Shown here piece after piece: positions 1-8,861 of a DNA stretch of 32,000 nucleotides. A program made the translations under genes and the position numbers. Source of the DNA: Nonlabens ponticola (GTDB lineage Bacteria; Bacteroidota; Bacteroidia; Flavobacteriales; Flavobacteriaceae); contig NZ_CP034549.1 in the NCBI RefSeq assembly GCF_003966335.1, forward strand, positions 2,040,001 to 2,072,000. Reading direction: 5' to 3'. Numbering within the stretch: the first letter of the stretch is position 1; the number at the start of each line of letters is the position of its first letter. The notes beneath the pieces were generated by a model. It was not told the DNA's origin. It was given only the letters and a program-made list of their open reading frames with translations, and did not search any database.

Positions 1-2
1 AG

Positions 3-1298
3 GAAGAATACATCATGGAAGAAGCCATAGGTTCAAAGATTGCCGATTATCTGATTAAACCGGTGAACCCTAATCAAATTTTGCTTTCTCTCAAAAAGAA
101 TCTGGATCATTCAAGACTAGTGAATGCAAAGACCACTAGTGATTACCAGCGAGAATTCCGTAAGATAGCAATGGATTTGTCGATGATCAATAGTTATGAT
201 GAATGGGTGCAGCTGTATCAAAAGTTGCTCTTTTGGGAACTTGAACTAGAAGATATTGACGACACAGGAATGTTTGAAATATTGACGGCTCAAAAAACAG
301 AGGCCAATCAACAATTCTGCAAATTTATTGATCGCAATTATTCCGGCTGGTTTGACGATGAAGAAGACGCGCCTACCTTGAGTCATACTTTATTTAAACA
401 AAGGGTTGCACCACATCTTAAAGAGAAACAACCTGTGTTACTAGTCGTTATTGATAATTTAAGGTATGATCAATTCAAGGCGTTTGAAAATATCATCAAT
501 AATCATTACAAGAAAGTTGAAGAGGATCCATACTGTTCTATTTTACCTACGGCAACACAGTATGCGCGCAATGCCATATTCTCTGGACTCATGCCGGCAG
601 ATATGGAAAAAAGACATCCTAATTTGTGGCTCAACGATACCGATGAAGGTGGTAAGAATATGCACGAGAACGAGTTCCTAGAAGCGCAGCTCAAACGATT
701 AGGGTTAAACATCAACCATCAATATCATAAGATTACCAATGAGAGCAGTGGCCGCAAGCTAGCGGAGAATTTCAAAACTCAAAAGGATAATGATCTCACG
801 GTGATCGTTTATAATTTTGTGGATATGTTATCACATTCTAAAACCGAGATGGAAGTCATCAAGGATCTTGCAAGCACTGATAAATCCTATAGGTCTCTTA
901 CCGTTAGTTGGTTCAAGAACTCGCCATTGTTAGAAATGATACAGCGCGGTCAAGAAATGGGCATGAAACTCATACTTACAACCGATCACGGTACGATCAA
1001 CGTATCGCAACCTAGTAAGGTGGTTGGCGACAAGAACACAAGTTTGAATCTGCGTTATAAGACCGGTCGCAGCTTGAGTTATGAAGACAAAGACGTGGTT
1101 GCCGCAACAGACCCGGCAACTATTAAGCTACCTAAGATCAATATGAGCAGTAGCTTCATATTTGCCAAGGGTGATCTATTCTTTGCCTATCCCAACAACT
1201 ATAACCATTATGTAAGCTATTATCGCAATACTTATCAACATGGTGGTGTCTCGTTAGAAGAAATGCTTATTCCCTACGCGGTTTTTACTCCTAGATAA
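3..1298 (+). CDS. porX: PorX-like response regulator with C-terminal PglZ/alkaline-phosphatase-like domain. 5' partial: the frame is open to the window edge.
   Basis: The frame stays open upstream of the ATG at 15 (..EEYIMEE..). ADYLIKPVNPNQILLSLKK is the end of a receiver domain. DNLRYDQF and TTDHGT are PglZ-type motifs. The gene sits next to tsaE. Confidence 0.7.
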   Translation, partial: EEYIMEEAIGSKIADYLIKPVNPNQILLSLKKNLDHSRLVNAKTTSDYQREFRKIAMDLSMINSYDEWVQLYQKLLFWELELEDIDDTGMFEILTAQKTEANQQFCKFIDRNYSGWFDDEEDAPTLSHTLFKQRVAPHLKEKQPVLLVVIDNLRYDQFKAFENIINNHYKKVEEDPYCSILPTATQYARNAIFSGLMPADMEKRHPNLWLNDTDEGGKNMHENEFLEAQLKRLGLNINHQYHKITNESSGRKLAENFKTQKDNDLTVIVYNFVDMLSHSKTEMEVIKDLASTDKSYRSLTVSWFKNSPLLEMIQRGQEMGMKLILTTDHGTINVSQPSKVVGDKNTSLNLRYKTGRSLSYEDKDVVAATDPATIKLPKINMSSSFIFAKGDLFFAYPNNYNHYVSYYRNTYQHGGVSLEEMLIPYAVFTPR

Positions 1299-1708
1299 TG
1301 GAATATACTCTCGATCAGATTGATGAGGCAGCGCAGTATGTTCTTGCTTGCGCGAAAGCTGACACATTATTATTTCCAGCAGAAATGGGAACAGGTAAGA
1401 CAACACTTATCAAGGCTATTTGCAAGCTGGCTGGTGTGCAAGACGAAATCACCTCACCTACGTTTAGTCTTGTGAATGAGTATCAAGCCTCGCGTAACAA
1501 AATTTTCCACTTTGATTTGTACAGAATCAAGTCACTCGATGAACTACACGATATAGGAGTTGAAGATTATTTGGACAGTGCTCATTTAAAACTCGTTGAG
1601 TGGCCAGAGGTTTTGATGCCGCTTCTTACTCGTTATCAGTTAATCGATATGCAAATTATTGATAAAAACAAAAGAGCTGTTCGAGTAAGTGATGTCGTTA
1701 ATCGATAA
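1298..1708 (+). CDS. tsaE: tRNA threonylcarbamoyladenosine (t6A) biosynthesis ATPase TsaE
   Basis: 136 aa with Walker A GTGKTT, then SPTFSL and HFDLYR, typical of the YjeE/TsaE family. There is a 1-nt TAATG overlap with the upstream gene. Confidence 0.85.
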   Translation: MEYTLDQIDEAAQYVLACAKADTLLFPAEMGTGKTTLIKAICKLAGVQDEITSPTFSLVNEYQASRNKIFHFDLYRIKSLDELHDIGVEDYLDSAHLKLVEWPEVLMPLLTRYQLIDMQIIDKNKRAVRVSDVVNR

Positions 1709-1865
1709 AAAGTTTTATCTTTAAGCAACGTTTTATGTTAGTATTAAGAGATATTGAGTCTTTTAACTAGTAATACTGTTTTTTACCCATGGTTTTAACA
1801 TAACGGTAAAAAAAAGAGGTTGTGCGATTAGGTTTGTCTCAACAAATAACTTAAACCTCAATATC

Positions 1866-2009
1866 ATGACTAAGAAATCACTCAAAGCTTTTGCATTTTT
1901 ATCTCTATTTGCAGTATCTTTAGCTGCAACAGCAACAACTTTCTCACCTGAAGACACAGCTAAAAAAGACATCGAAAAAGCGAGGATCAAGTTACCTAGT
2001 CGCGGGTAG
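1866..2009 (+). CDS. Small hypothetical secreted or membrane peptide (47 aa)
   Basis: ATG ORF not in the supplied track: MTKKSLKAFAFLSLFAVSLAATATTFSPEDTAKK.., with a signal-peptide-like N-terminus. No homology recognised. Confidence 0.3.
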   Translation: MTKKSLKAFAFLSLFAVSLAATATTFSPEDTAKKDIEKARIKLPSRG

Positions 2010-2013
2010 TTTT

Positions 2014-2451
2014 GTGGCAGTAATACTAGCCATAACTCCATACTTTTTTTATTTATATGAAATTGTTCCCGATCAGAAGATTTGGAACAATTTTTTATTT
2101 GAATACGAGTCAGGTTGGTATGAATCTGCAACCCTGTCGATGTGGACGATCATGGGTAAGTTTATTCCATTCTACTTGATGGTTCTTTGGTTCTTAACTT
2201 GTAAACACTGGTGGTATCACTGCATTATTATTCCAATGGCAATGTTTGCATTTCAAATGTATAGTGCCATCAATGACGATCTAGAGTTTATGGATCAATC
2301 TGATGAACTAGCTTTTCTGGTTCCCGTAGTTATTGCCGCACTATCCATGAGTTATCTGGCGCGTACTGTCGTATTTGACAAAGTTCACGGTATTGATATT
2401 TCAGAAATTGAACAAGGAATAAAGAAACCTAGTGATAGATTCTTTAAATAA
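2014..2451 (+). CDS. Hypothetical integral membrane protein
   Basis: GTG-start ORF of 145 aa with several hydrophobic, aromatic-rich segments. No family recognised. Confidence 0.5.
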   Translation: MAVILAITPYFFYLYEIVPDQKIWNNFLFEYESGWYESATLSMWTIMGKFIPFYLMVLWFLTCKHWWYHCIIIPMAMFAFQMYSAINDDLEFMDQSDELAFLVPVVIAALSMSYLARTVVFDKVHGIDISEIEQGIKKPSDRFFK

Positions 2452-2477
2452 AAAAGAACCCAAACAAGCTTTCTCCC

Positions 2478-3677
2478 ATGGGCTCTATTCAAACACCTTT
2501 TACTAAGGATCAACTCATACCGCAAGAAGAGCGGTTAGAAATACAACGTAGCAAAAAGGAATTGCTCATTGGGATCCCTAAGGAAAACCAGCAGTATGAA
2601 AAGCGCATTTGTCTTACACCAGATGCCGTTGCTGCTATCACTGCACACGGCCATCGCATATTGTTTGAAAAAGGTGCTGGTAGTGAGAGTAATTTCACAG
2701 ACCAGCAATACCTAGACGCAGGTGCAGAACTTACGGCTGATAAAAGCAAGGTTTTTTCCTGTCCTACTATTCTCAAAGTAGCTCCACCTAGCACAGAAGA
2801 GATAGACTTGATCAAACCACAAACAGTTTTGATAAGTGCCCTGCAACTCAAGACTAGGAATAAATCATACTTTGAAAAATTAGCTGCCAAAAAAGTCACG
2901 GCACTAGCTTTTGAATTTATTCAAGATGAGCACGGACATCATGTTGCAACTACAGCTCTTAGTGAGATATCAGGGGTAGCATCAGTCCTCATTGCTGCAG
3001 AGCTTCTCACAAGCGGTGCAAATCGTACTGGACAATTATTCGGTAACATAACGGGCGTTCCACCTATAGAGGTAGTTGTCATGGGTGCTGGCGTGGTAGG
3101 TGAATTTGCCATACGCACTGCTATTGGTCTAGGAGCCAATGTCAAGGTTTTTGATAACAGCATCGCAAACTTAAGACGCGTCAAGGATAACATTAGCCAA
3201 AGTTTATATACCTCTACCCTGCAACCTAAATATTTATCCAAAGCATTACGCCGCTGCGATGTGGTCATTGCGGCTTTAAGTGGTCAAAATCGCGCCCCTG
3301 TAGTGGTTTCCCAAACCATGGTAGAAAACATGAAAGCTGGTGCCGTCATTATTGATATTAGTATTGACATGGGTGGTTGTTTTGAAACAAGCGAACTCAC
3401 CACACATGAGAAGCCAACATTTGTAAAATACGGTGTGACACACTATTGTGTTCCCAACTTGCCGTCCAGATATTCAAGAACCGCTAGCATATCGTTGAGC
3501 AATATTTTCACTTCATACTTACTCAACATTGCAGATGACGGCGGTATTGAGCATAGCATAAGAATGGACAAAGGACTCAAGAATGGTATCTATTTATATC
3601 ACGGTATCGTGACCAACAAATCTGTTGGAGAGTGGTATGACTTACCTTGCAGCGATGTAAATTTGCTCATCTTTTAA
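2478..3677 (+). CDS. Alanine dehydrogenase / PNT (transhydrogenase alpha)-family NAD(P)-binding protein, long paralog
   Basis: 399 aa. GIPKE..EKR..LTP N-terminal signature and a VVVMGAGVVG Rossmann motif, as in the AlaDH/PNT family. Confidence 0.7.
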   Translation: MGSIQTPFTKDQLIPQEERLEIQRSKKELLIGIPKENQQYEKRICLTPDAVAAITAHGHRILFEKGAGSESNFTDQQYLDAGAELTADKSKVFSCPTILKVAPPSTEEIDLIKPQTVLISALQLKTRNKSYFEKLAAKKVTALAFEFIQDEHGHHVATTALSEISGVASVLIAAELLTSGANRTGQLFGNITGVPPIEVVVMGAGVVGEFAIRTAIGLGANVKVFDNSIANLRRVKDNISQSLYTSTLQPKYLSKALRRCDVVIAALSGQNRAPVVVSQTMVENMKAGAVIIDISIDMGGCFETSELTTHEKPTFVKYGVTHYCVPNLPSRYSRTASISLSNIFTSYLLNIADDGGIEHSIRMDKGLKNGIYLYHGIVTNKSVGEWYDLPCSDVNLLIF

Positions 3678-3686
3678 AATCACTAC

Positions 3687-4067
3687 ATGAATTTTGTTAA
3701 GCGCCTAGGATATTATATGGGCGGTTTTGCCATAGGTCTAGTATTTCTAGTTTTTTTTCTTACTGGTAAAAGAGCGCAATGCAACTGGTTTCCAGAAGAT
3801 CGCGTCATGGCAGATTTTAAAAGAAAATCAATCACACTATCACCAGAAGTGCGTGAATTACTCAAAAATCAAGAGCTAGATACACTTACCATACAGATGA
3901 TCCTGCTATACGGTGATGTAGATTTTTCAAAGTCAAATACAGATACTGTTCCTTGCAGCTTTTACTATGTGAATGGCAGGAAGGAAATGGAAAAAACGGC
4001 TCTTAGAGTGCGCAACTGTGATAAGATTCTTCGGGTAGAAGAAGTTATTTACGAGAAAGAAAATTAG
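3687..4067 (+). CDS. Hypothetical membrane-anchored protein
   Basis: 126 aa with one N-terminal TM helix (GGFAIGLVFLVFFLTG). It follows the upstream gene after a 9-nt gap. Confidence 0.45.
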   Translation: MNFVKRLGYYMGGFAIGLVFLVFFLTGKRAQCNWFPEDRVMADFKRKSITLSPEVRELLKNQELDTLTIQMILLYGDVDFSKSNTDTVPCSFYYVNGRKEMEKTALRVRNCDKILRVEEVIYEKEN

Positions 4068-5233
4068 ATACCGCGGCGTTCGATTTCCTGTTCAATCAAC
4101 GCTAGCTCTCTTCCTACCTGACCAGCTACAGACGTGTTTTCCTGCGCGCGACGTATTAAATAAGGCATCACATCTTTTATCGGGCCAAAAGGTAAAATCT
4201 TAAACACATTATGACGCAGCGCTGCCAGATTAAAGGATAGATTATCACTCATACCGTACAGTTGACCGAACCAAACGTCCTTATTATTTGCATCAATTCC
4301 TTTTTCCTGCAAGGTTTTCATGGCAGCCAGCGTGCTTTCTTCATTATGCGTTCCTATACATAACTTGATCACATCCAGTCGATCTAGAATAAAATGCATA
4401 ACACTGTTAAAAACTTCGTCTGTTTCTTCCTTATCAGCACAAATAGGTGAAGTGTAATTGAATTGCTTTGCGCGCGCGCGTTCTTTCTCCATGTAAGCGC
4501 CTCGAACGATTTTGGCACCTACGATAAAGTCATTCTCAACCGCGTCTTTATATAACTCCTTTATGTAATCTAGGCGATCGTGACGATAACACTGTACAGT
4601 ATTATAGATATAGGCTTTACCCTTATTGTACCGTGCCATCATATCTCTTATAAGTTCATCGGCGGCGTCTTGCATCCAGCTTTCTTCGCCGTCAAATAGT
4701 AAAGCAATATCACTTTCTACGGCCGTCTTACATAGTAGATCCACACGATTGATAACTCGTTCCCATTCTAATTGTTCAGGTTCTGTCAATTCTTTTTTCT
4801 CACTCAGCTTTTGCCACAAATAAAATCTACCGATGCCGGTAGGTTTCACCACCTCAAATGGTAGTGCATCATTGCTAGCTGCAGCATGAATCAAGGTTAA
4901 TTTTTTACCTACGACGTTGTCAAAATCTGCCTCGCTTTCCTTGCCTTCAACGCTGTAATCAAGAATGGAACTCACACCTTTCTCATACATTGCATCGACT
5001 ACCGGCATACATTCATCCTCAGTCGTACCGCCACAAAATTGATCAAACACGGTATGACGCACCAGCTTTTTTATAGGCAAGCCCATTTTAAGACCTGTCA
5101 TGGTCAATTTTGAGCCCACATCAACCAGCCATTGCCTTCCCATCATGCTAAAAATGAATTGAGACTTCTTCAAATCCTTATCAGATTTCAAAGCAAATGC
5201 AGTCGCGGTATCGTTAAAAATGTTTTGATTCAT
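4064..5233 (-). CDS. Proline dehydrogenase (monofunctional PRODH)
   Basis: VFDQFCGG, VSSILDYSVEG and GQLYGMSD..L are typical of the PRODH TIM barrel. I chose the start at MNQNIFNDTATAFALK (internal Met 17 of the track ORF), as in roughly 390-aa flavobacterial PRODHs. Confidence 0.8.
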   Translation of the reverse strand: MNQNIFNDTATAFALKSDKDLKKSQFIFSMMGRQWLVDVGSKLTMTGLKMGLPIKKLVRHTVFDQFCGGTTEDECMPVVDAMYEKGVSSILDYSVEGKESEADFDNVVGKKLTLIHAAASNDALPFEVVKPTGIGRFYLWQKLSEKKELTEPEQLEWERVINRVDLLCKTAVESDIALLFDGEESWMQDAADELIRDMMARYNKGKAYIYNTVQCYRHDRLDYIKELYKDAVENDFIVGAKIVRGAYMEKERARAKQFNYTSPICADKEETDEVFNSVMHFILDRLDVIKLCIGTHNEESTLAAMKTLQEKGIDANNKDVWFGQLYGMSDNLSFNLAALRHNVFKILPFGPIKDVMPYLIRRAQENTSVAGQVGRELALIEQEIERRGI

Positions 5234-5322
5234 AGTAGCAAATATAAATAGGTCACGGCTCCCATTTGTTAGGGAAATCATACTTTTGATGCAGTTAGAA
5301 AAATGTTGAGATGAGTAGTGAT

Positions 5323-5341
5323 TACGCTTTCGCGAAAGCTA
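5323..5341. repeat. Copy of the GCTTTCGCGAAAGC palindrome family (intergenic, between the divergent PRODH gene and aroB)
   Basis: tacgctttcgcgaaagcta. The 14-nt perfect palindrome core lies at 5326-5339. Confidence 0.9.
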
Positions 5342-5379
5342 ACTCAAACACCAACTTTCCTGCATAATCCTATATCCTC

Positions 5380-6450
5380 ATGACCAGTATAATCAGTTCA
5401 AATTATGCCATCCATTTTGCTCAAACGGCCTATACAGAACTCAATAAATTCATCGCAAACAAGCAACCAAGCAGCATTTTTATCCTCGTGGATGAAAATA
5501 CGATGCAACACTGTTATGCACCATTCATACAACAAGTAGAAACTAGTGCGCGTATAGAAGTCATTGAGGTTGAAGCTGGTGAAGAATTCAAGACCATTGA
5601 TACTTGCAGTGGCGTATGGAATGCTCTCATTGAATTAGGTGTTGATCGCAACAGCCTTTTTATAAGTTTAGGTGGTGGAGTTATTACCGATCTAGGTGGA
5701 TTTATAGCAGCAACCATTAAACGTGGTATAGATTTTATTCATGTACCTACTAGCTTGTTGGGTATGGTAGATGCTGCTATAGGCGGCAAGAATGGTGTAG
5801 ATCTAGGTCATTTGAAAAACCAAATAGGTGTGATACAACCACCAGCGATGACACTGGTTGATCCATTGTTTCTGGATACGTTACCGCAACAACAGTTGCT
5901 TAATGGCAGTATCGAGATGTTTAAGCACGGACTCATCGCAGATCGCAGATACTGGGAAAATATGCTGGACCTGCAATTGAATTTTGATCACGACCGTCTT
6001 GATCCATTGATCTATCAATCGGTTGTTATTAAAAATGATGTCGTCATGGGCGATCCTTTTGAAAAAGGTGCTCGCAAATCTCTCAATTACGGTCATACAA
6101 TAGGACATGCTATTGAATCCTACTGCATGAGCAGTCAAGATCACGAGACCTTACTACATGGTGAAGCGATTGCAGCTGGTATCCTTATAGAATCATATCT
6201 AAGCAGCCAGTTTACTGGTTTGAGCGATGCGGATTTTGATCAAATTAAAAAATGGTATCAATCTCTTGAATTGGACATAAAGTTTGATATTAAGGATGTC
6301 GAGGCGATGATTGGACTTATGGCTCACGATAAGAAAAACGTCAATGGCGAGACTAGATTTGTGTTACTGGAAAGCATAGGAGCATTTAAAACAGATTGCA
6401 CCGTTCCTGTTGATGATATTCTTACTGGTTTTAAATTATACCTAAGCTAG
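5380..6450 (+). CDS. aroB: 3-dehydroquinate synthase
   Basis: 356 aa. GGGVITDLGGF, PTSLL..VDAAIGGKNGV and NYGHTIGHAIE are canonical DHQS motifs. Confidence 0.88.
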   Translation: MTSIISSNYAIHFAQTAYTELNKFIANKQPSSIFILVDENTMQHCYAPFIQQVETSARIEVIEVEAGEEFKTIDTCSGVWNALIELGVDRNSLFISLGGGVITDLGGFIAATIKRGIDFIHVPTSLLGMVDAAIGGKNGVDLGHLKNQIGVIQPPAMTLVDPLFLDTLPQQQLLNGSIEMFKHGLIADRRYWENMLDLQLNFDHDRLDPLIYQSVVIKNDVVMGDPFEKGARKSLNYGHTIGHAIESYCMSSQDHETLLHGEAIAAGILIESYLSSQFTGLSDADFDQIKKWYQSLELDIKFDIKDVEAMIGLMAHDKKNVNGETRFVLLESIGAFKTDCTVPVDDILTGFKLYLS

Positions 6451-6522
6451 ATGAAATTGCCATCTAGATTGTGATGTCTCAATATTTTTAATAATTTCCC
6501 ATTTTCAATGTAAACTCTTATC

Positions 6523-6843
6523 ATGAGAAATGTTATTGTAGATTATAAAAAACTTACACCAGACGTCCTGCAGCTACTGGTAGAACGCTATCCTGACGGT
6601 TATGGCGATGACGATGTCATATCGTTTAAGAATCATAAGTATGAGACGATTCACGCCGTCGAGGTTAAGACTGAAGACACTAAATATCTTGTCAAAATAT
6701 CGCAAAAATTAGAAATGCAAATGGAGGCATTTGACGTGGATGATTATGATGACCACCAGATGGACGACCCTGAAGCCCTACCAGAAATGGATCCCAACGA
6801 AGTAGCTGATGACGTTGCAGATGATGAAGCTGACGAAGATTAG
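6523..6843 (+). CDS. Hypothetical small protein with a strongly acidic C-terminal tail
   Basis: 106 aa. The C-terminal 45 aa are rich in D and E (DVDDYDDHQMDDPE...DDVADDEADED). Confidence 0.5.
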   Translation: MRNVIVDYKKLTPDVLQLLVERYPDGYGDDDVISFKNHKYETIHAVEVKTEDTKYLVKISQKLEMQMEAFDVDDYDDHQMDDPEALPEMDPNEVADDVADDEADED

Positions 6844-6872
6844 TTAGCAGTTAGCAGTTAGCAGAAAAATAT

Positions 6873-6920
6873 TAAAGGTTTAGAAAATTGATGCAAATAC
6901 ATCGCTTTTCTAAACCTTTA
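6873..6920. terminator. Bidirectional intrinsic terminator between convergent genes
   Basis: A 15-bp perfect stem, taaaggtttagaaaa (6873-6887) with ttttctaaaccttta (6906-6920). An A-run upstream gives a T-run on the minus strand for sucC. Confidence 0.65.
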
Positions 6921-6975
6921 TCTCTTTAATACTAATTCAGTAGCTACTAATTATAAGCAACCAAGAAGTAGATGA

Positions 6976-8169
6976 CTATGCGAGTACTGCTTGTACCTTG
7001 TCTGCGGCTTCTTGGAACTGTACAGCACTTTGTACGTCCATACCACTGTTATCTATAAGTTCTTTAGCGATCTCTGCATTAGTTCCTTGTAGTCTTACAA
7101 TCAATGGAACGTTCATGGCATCACCCATACTTTTCTTAGCATCGATTATTCCTTGTGCCACACGGTCACAACGTACAATACCACCAAAGATGTTGACCAA
7201 TATTGCCTTTACACCTTTATCCTTTAAGATGATCTTGAATGCTTCTTCTACACGCTTAGCATCTGCAGTACCACCTACATCTAGGAAGTTTGCTGGTGAT
7301 CCACCCGATTGTTTGATCAAATCCATGGTAGCCATAGCAAGTCCAGCACCGTTTACCATACATCCTACATTACCATCAAGGTCAACATAGTTCAAGCCTA
7401 CAGCCTTTGCCTCTACCTCTACTGGATTTTCTTCACGTACATCACGCATTGCCTCTAGATCCTTGTGACGGAATAATGCATTCTCGTCCAAAGTGATTTT
7501 ACAGTCAACTGCAATGATGCGCTCATCACTTGCCTTTAATACTGGATTGATTTCAAAAAGTGCGCTGTCAGATCCTACATAGGCTGCATATAGTTTAGAA
7601 ACGAACTTGGTCATTTCCTTAAATGCCTTACCGCTCAAACCTAGATTAAAAGCAATCTTACGAGCCTGGAATCCTAAAAGACCCAATGCTGGATCTACAA
7701 CCTCAGTAAATATTAAATGTGGAGTTTCTTCTGCAACTGTTTCTATGTCCATTCCACCTTCGGTAGAATACATGATCATATTTTTTCCTTGTGCACGATC
7801 TAGTAATACAGACATGTAGAATTCCTCTACCTCTACCTCACCTGGCTCATAAACATCTTCTGCGATCAACACTTGGTGAACCCTTTTACCTTCGGCAGTG
7901 GTTTGTGGAGTTACTAGATCCATACCTATAATTTCTCCAGCGATTGTTTTTACATCGTCAAGGCTTTTTGCAAGTTTTACACCACCACCTTTACCACGTC
8001 CACCAGCGTGAACCTGTGCTTTGATGACGTGCCATCCTGTACCGGTTTCCTCAGTAAGTTCCTTGGCAGCTGCAACAGCTTCATCAGCTGTAGTGGCCAC
8101 TTTACCACGTTGAATGGTAACACCGTAACTAGCTAAAATTTCTTTTCCTTGATATTCGTGAAGGTTCAT
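6976..8169 (-). CDS. sucC: Succinate--CoA ligase (ADP-forming) beta subunit
   Basis: 397 aa. MNLHEYQGKE..., VIKAQVHAGGRGKGGGVK and NIFGGIVRCD are unmistakable SucC motifs. Confidence 0.95.
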   Translation of the reverse strand: MNLHEYQGKEILASYGVTIQRGKVATTADEAVAAAKELTEETGTGWHVIKAQVHAGGRGKGGGVKLAKSLDDVKTIAGEIIGMDLVTPQTTAEGKRVHQVLIAEDVYEPGEVEVEEFYMSVLLDRAQGKNMIMYSTEGGMDIETVAEETPHLIFTEVVDPALGLLGFQARKIAFNLGLSGKAFKEMTKFVSKLYAAYVGSDSALFEINPVLKASDERIIAVDCKITLDENALFRHKDLEAMRDVREENPVEVEAKAVGLNYVDLDGNVGCMVNGAGLAMATMDLIKQSGGSPANFLDVGGTADAKRVEEAFKIILKDKGVKAILVNIFGGIVRCDRVAQGIIDAKKSMGDAMNVPLIVRLQGTNAEIAKELIDNSGMDVQSAVQFQEAADKVQAVLA

Positions 8170-8200
8170 ATATGTTGTTTAATTACTGTAATTGTTTGAG

Positions 8201-8208
8201 CAAAAATA
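8201..8208 (-). promoter_or_regulatory. Bacteroidota -7 box (TAnnTTTG) for sucC
   Basis: The minus strand reads TATTTTTG, 31 nt upstream of the sucC ATG. Confidence 0.4.
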
Positions 8209-8339
8209 ATGAAGCATATCGCTATTGCGAAATTATTACCCTTAAAAGGATGTTAGTTGTTGGTGTGGTAGGTATCACTATTGTTTTTGGTTCATGTTTG
8301 TTCTTAATATCTTGAATCCTTTGCTTGACAACCAAGGTT

Positions 8340-8665
8340 TCACGACTGCACTTCGACTAAGCTCAGTGACCGTCGTTAGAAATAGTTTCCTACGCGATTA
8401 CGTGGAGTCAGATGCTGAAATAAATTCAGCATGACAAACATGGTTGTGATTGTCACCCTGAATTTATTTCAGGGTCTGTGCGATGTTCTGACCCATGTCA
8501 GATGCTGAAACCAGTTCAGCATGACAGAAGTTTGCTGCGTTAGGGACCTGCCTGTCGTGCCTCGGGCAGGCAGGTTGTAGTGAAAAACCTTTTTAAGCCT
8601 TTTTTACAGGAAACATTTTGGCTTAAAAAGATTGCAGCGGAAAGCCCGGCCGCAGGCGCTGCGAT
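8340..8665. repeat. Array of short stem-loop (REP/MITE-like) elements in the sucC-lysA intergenic region
   Basis: Hairpins at 8407-8436 and 8497-8526 share the same arms, gtcagatgctgaa/ttcagcatgac, with different loops. Further hairpins lie at 8452-8476 (ccctgaa/ttcaggg), 8546-8574 (acctgcctg/caggcaggt) and 8594-8627, plus a GC-rich one at 8634-8663. Confidence 0.7.
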
Positions 8666-8824
8666 GAGCAGTGCCGTAGTGCAACGCCCAATTGAAAAAC
8701 ACCATGAAAGCTAAAGCGAAAAACAACATCTTAACTCAAGTTATAAATGGCCTGTAACCACGCAAAATAACGATGCGCTCTATAAACTTCTCGTTAATAA
8801 TAGGGTAAAATGGTCTTGCCCTAT

Positions 8825-8832
8825 TACTTTTG
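8825..8832 (+). promoter_or_regulatory. Bacteroidota -7 box (TAnnTTTG) for lysA
   Basis: TACTTTTG, 30 nt upstream of the ATG at 8862. Confidence 0.4.
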
Positions 8833-8861
8833 TTGGCTTAATCAATTTTAATCGCATAACA

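Noticed and set aside
1346-1359. Ninth palindrome copy inside tsaE (gcttgcgcgaaagc)
   Set aside because: - It is a 13/14 match to the core only, and the flanks do not match the family.
- It may be coincidence or an old decayed copy, so it is not counted among the 8 clear copies.
1763-2131. Minus-strand 122-aa ORF
   Set aside because: - It overlaps two + strand ORFs: a small signal-peptide ORF and a membrane protein.
- It has no recognisable motifs.
- It would break the co-directional porX-tsaE gene string.
5234-5281. 16-codon N-terminal extension of proline dehydrogenase
   Set aside because: - Family members start at an MN..IFN..(A/V)AFALKSD-type sequence.
- The extension (MISLTNGSRDLFIFAT) has no counterpart that I recognise.
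6844-6864. Tandem heptamer ttagcag x3 right after the stop codon at 6841-6843
   Set aside because: - It is real but tiny: three units.
- It is non-coding and has no partner elsewhere in the window.
- It is probably slippage noise next to the terminator.
6998-7819. Plus-strand ORFs 6998-7390 and 7607-7819
   Set aside because: - They lie entirely antisense within the unmistakable sucC CDS.
- Their composition is Ser/Pro/Thr-rich and low in information, typical of shadow ORFs.
8340-8665. Possible CRISPR array, given repeated units in a long non-coding gap
   Set aside because: - The repeated unit occurs only twice.
- Each unit is itself a hairpin.
- The spacing is irregular and is filled with other, unrelated hairpins.
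- No cas genes are nearby.
- The pattern fits REP/MITE-like elements better.
8700-8861. Lysine riboswitch (L-box) upstream of lysA
   Set aside because: - I could not recognise the conserved L-box helices or core.
- Only a short hairpin (about 8803-8828) and a -7 promoter box are visible.
- A covariance-model scan (Rfam RF00168) would settle it.
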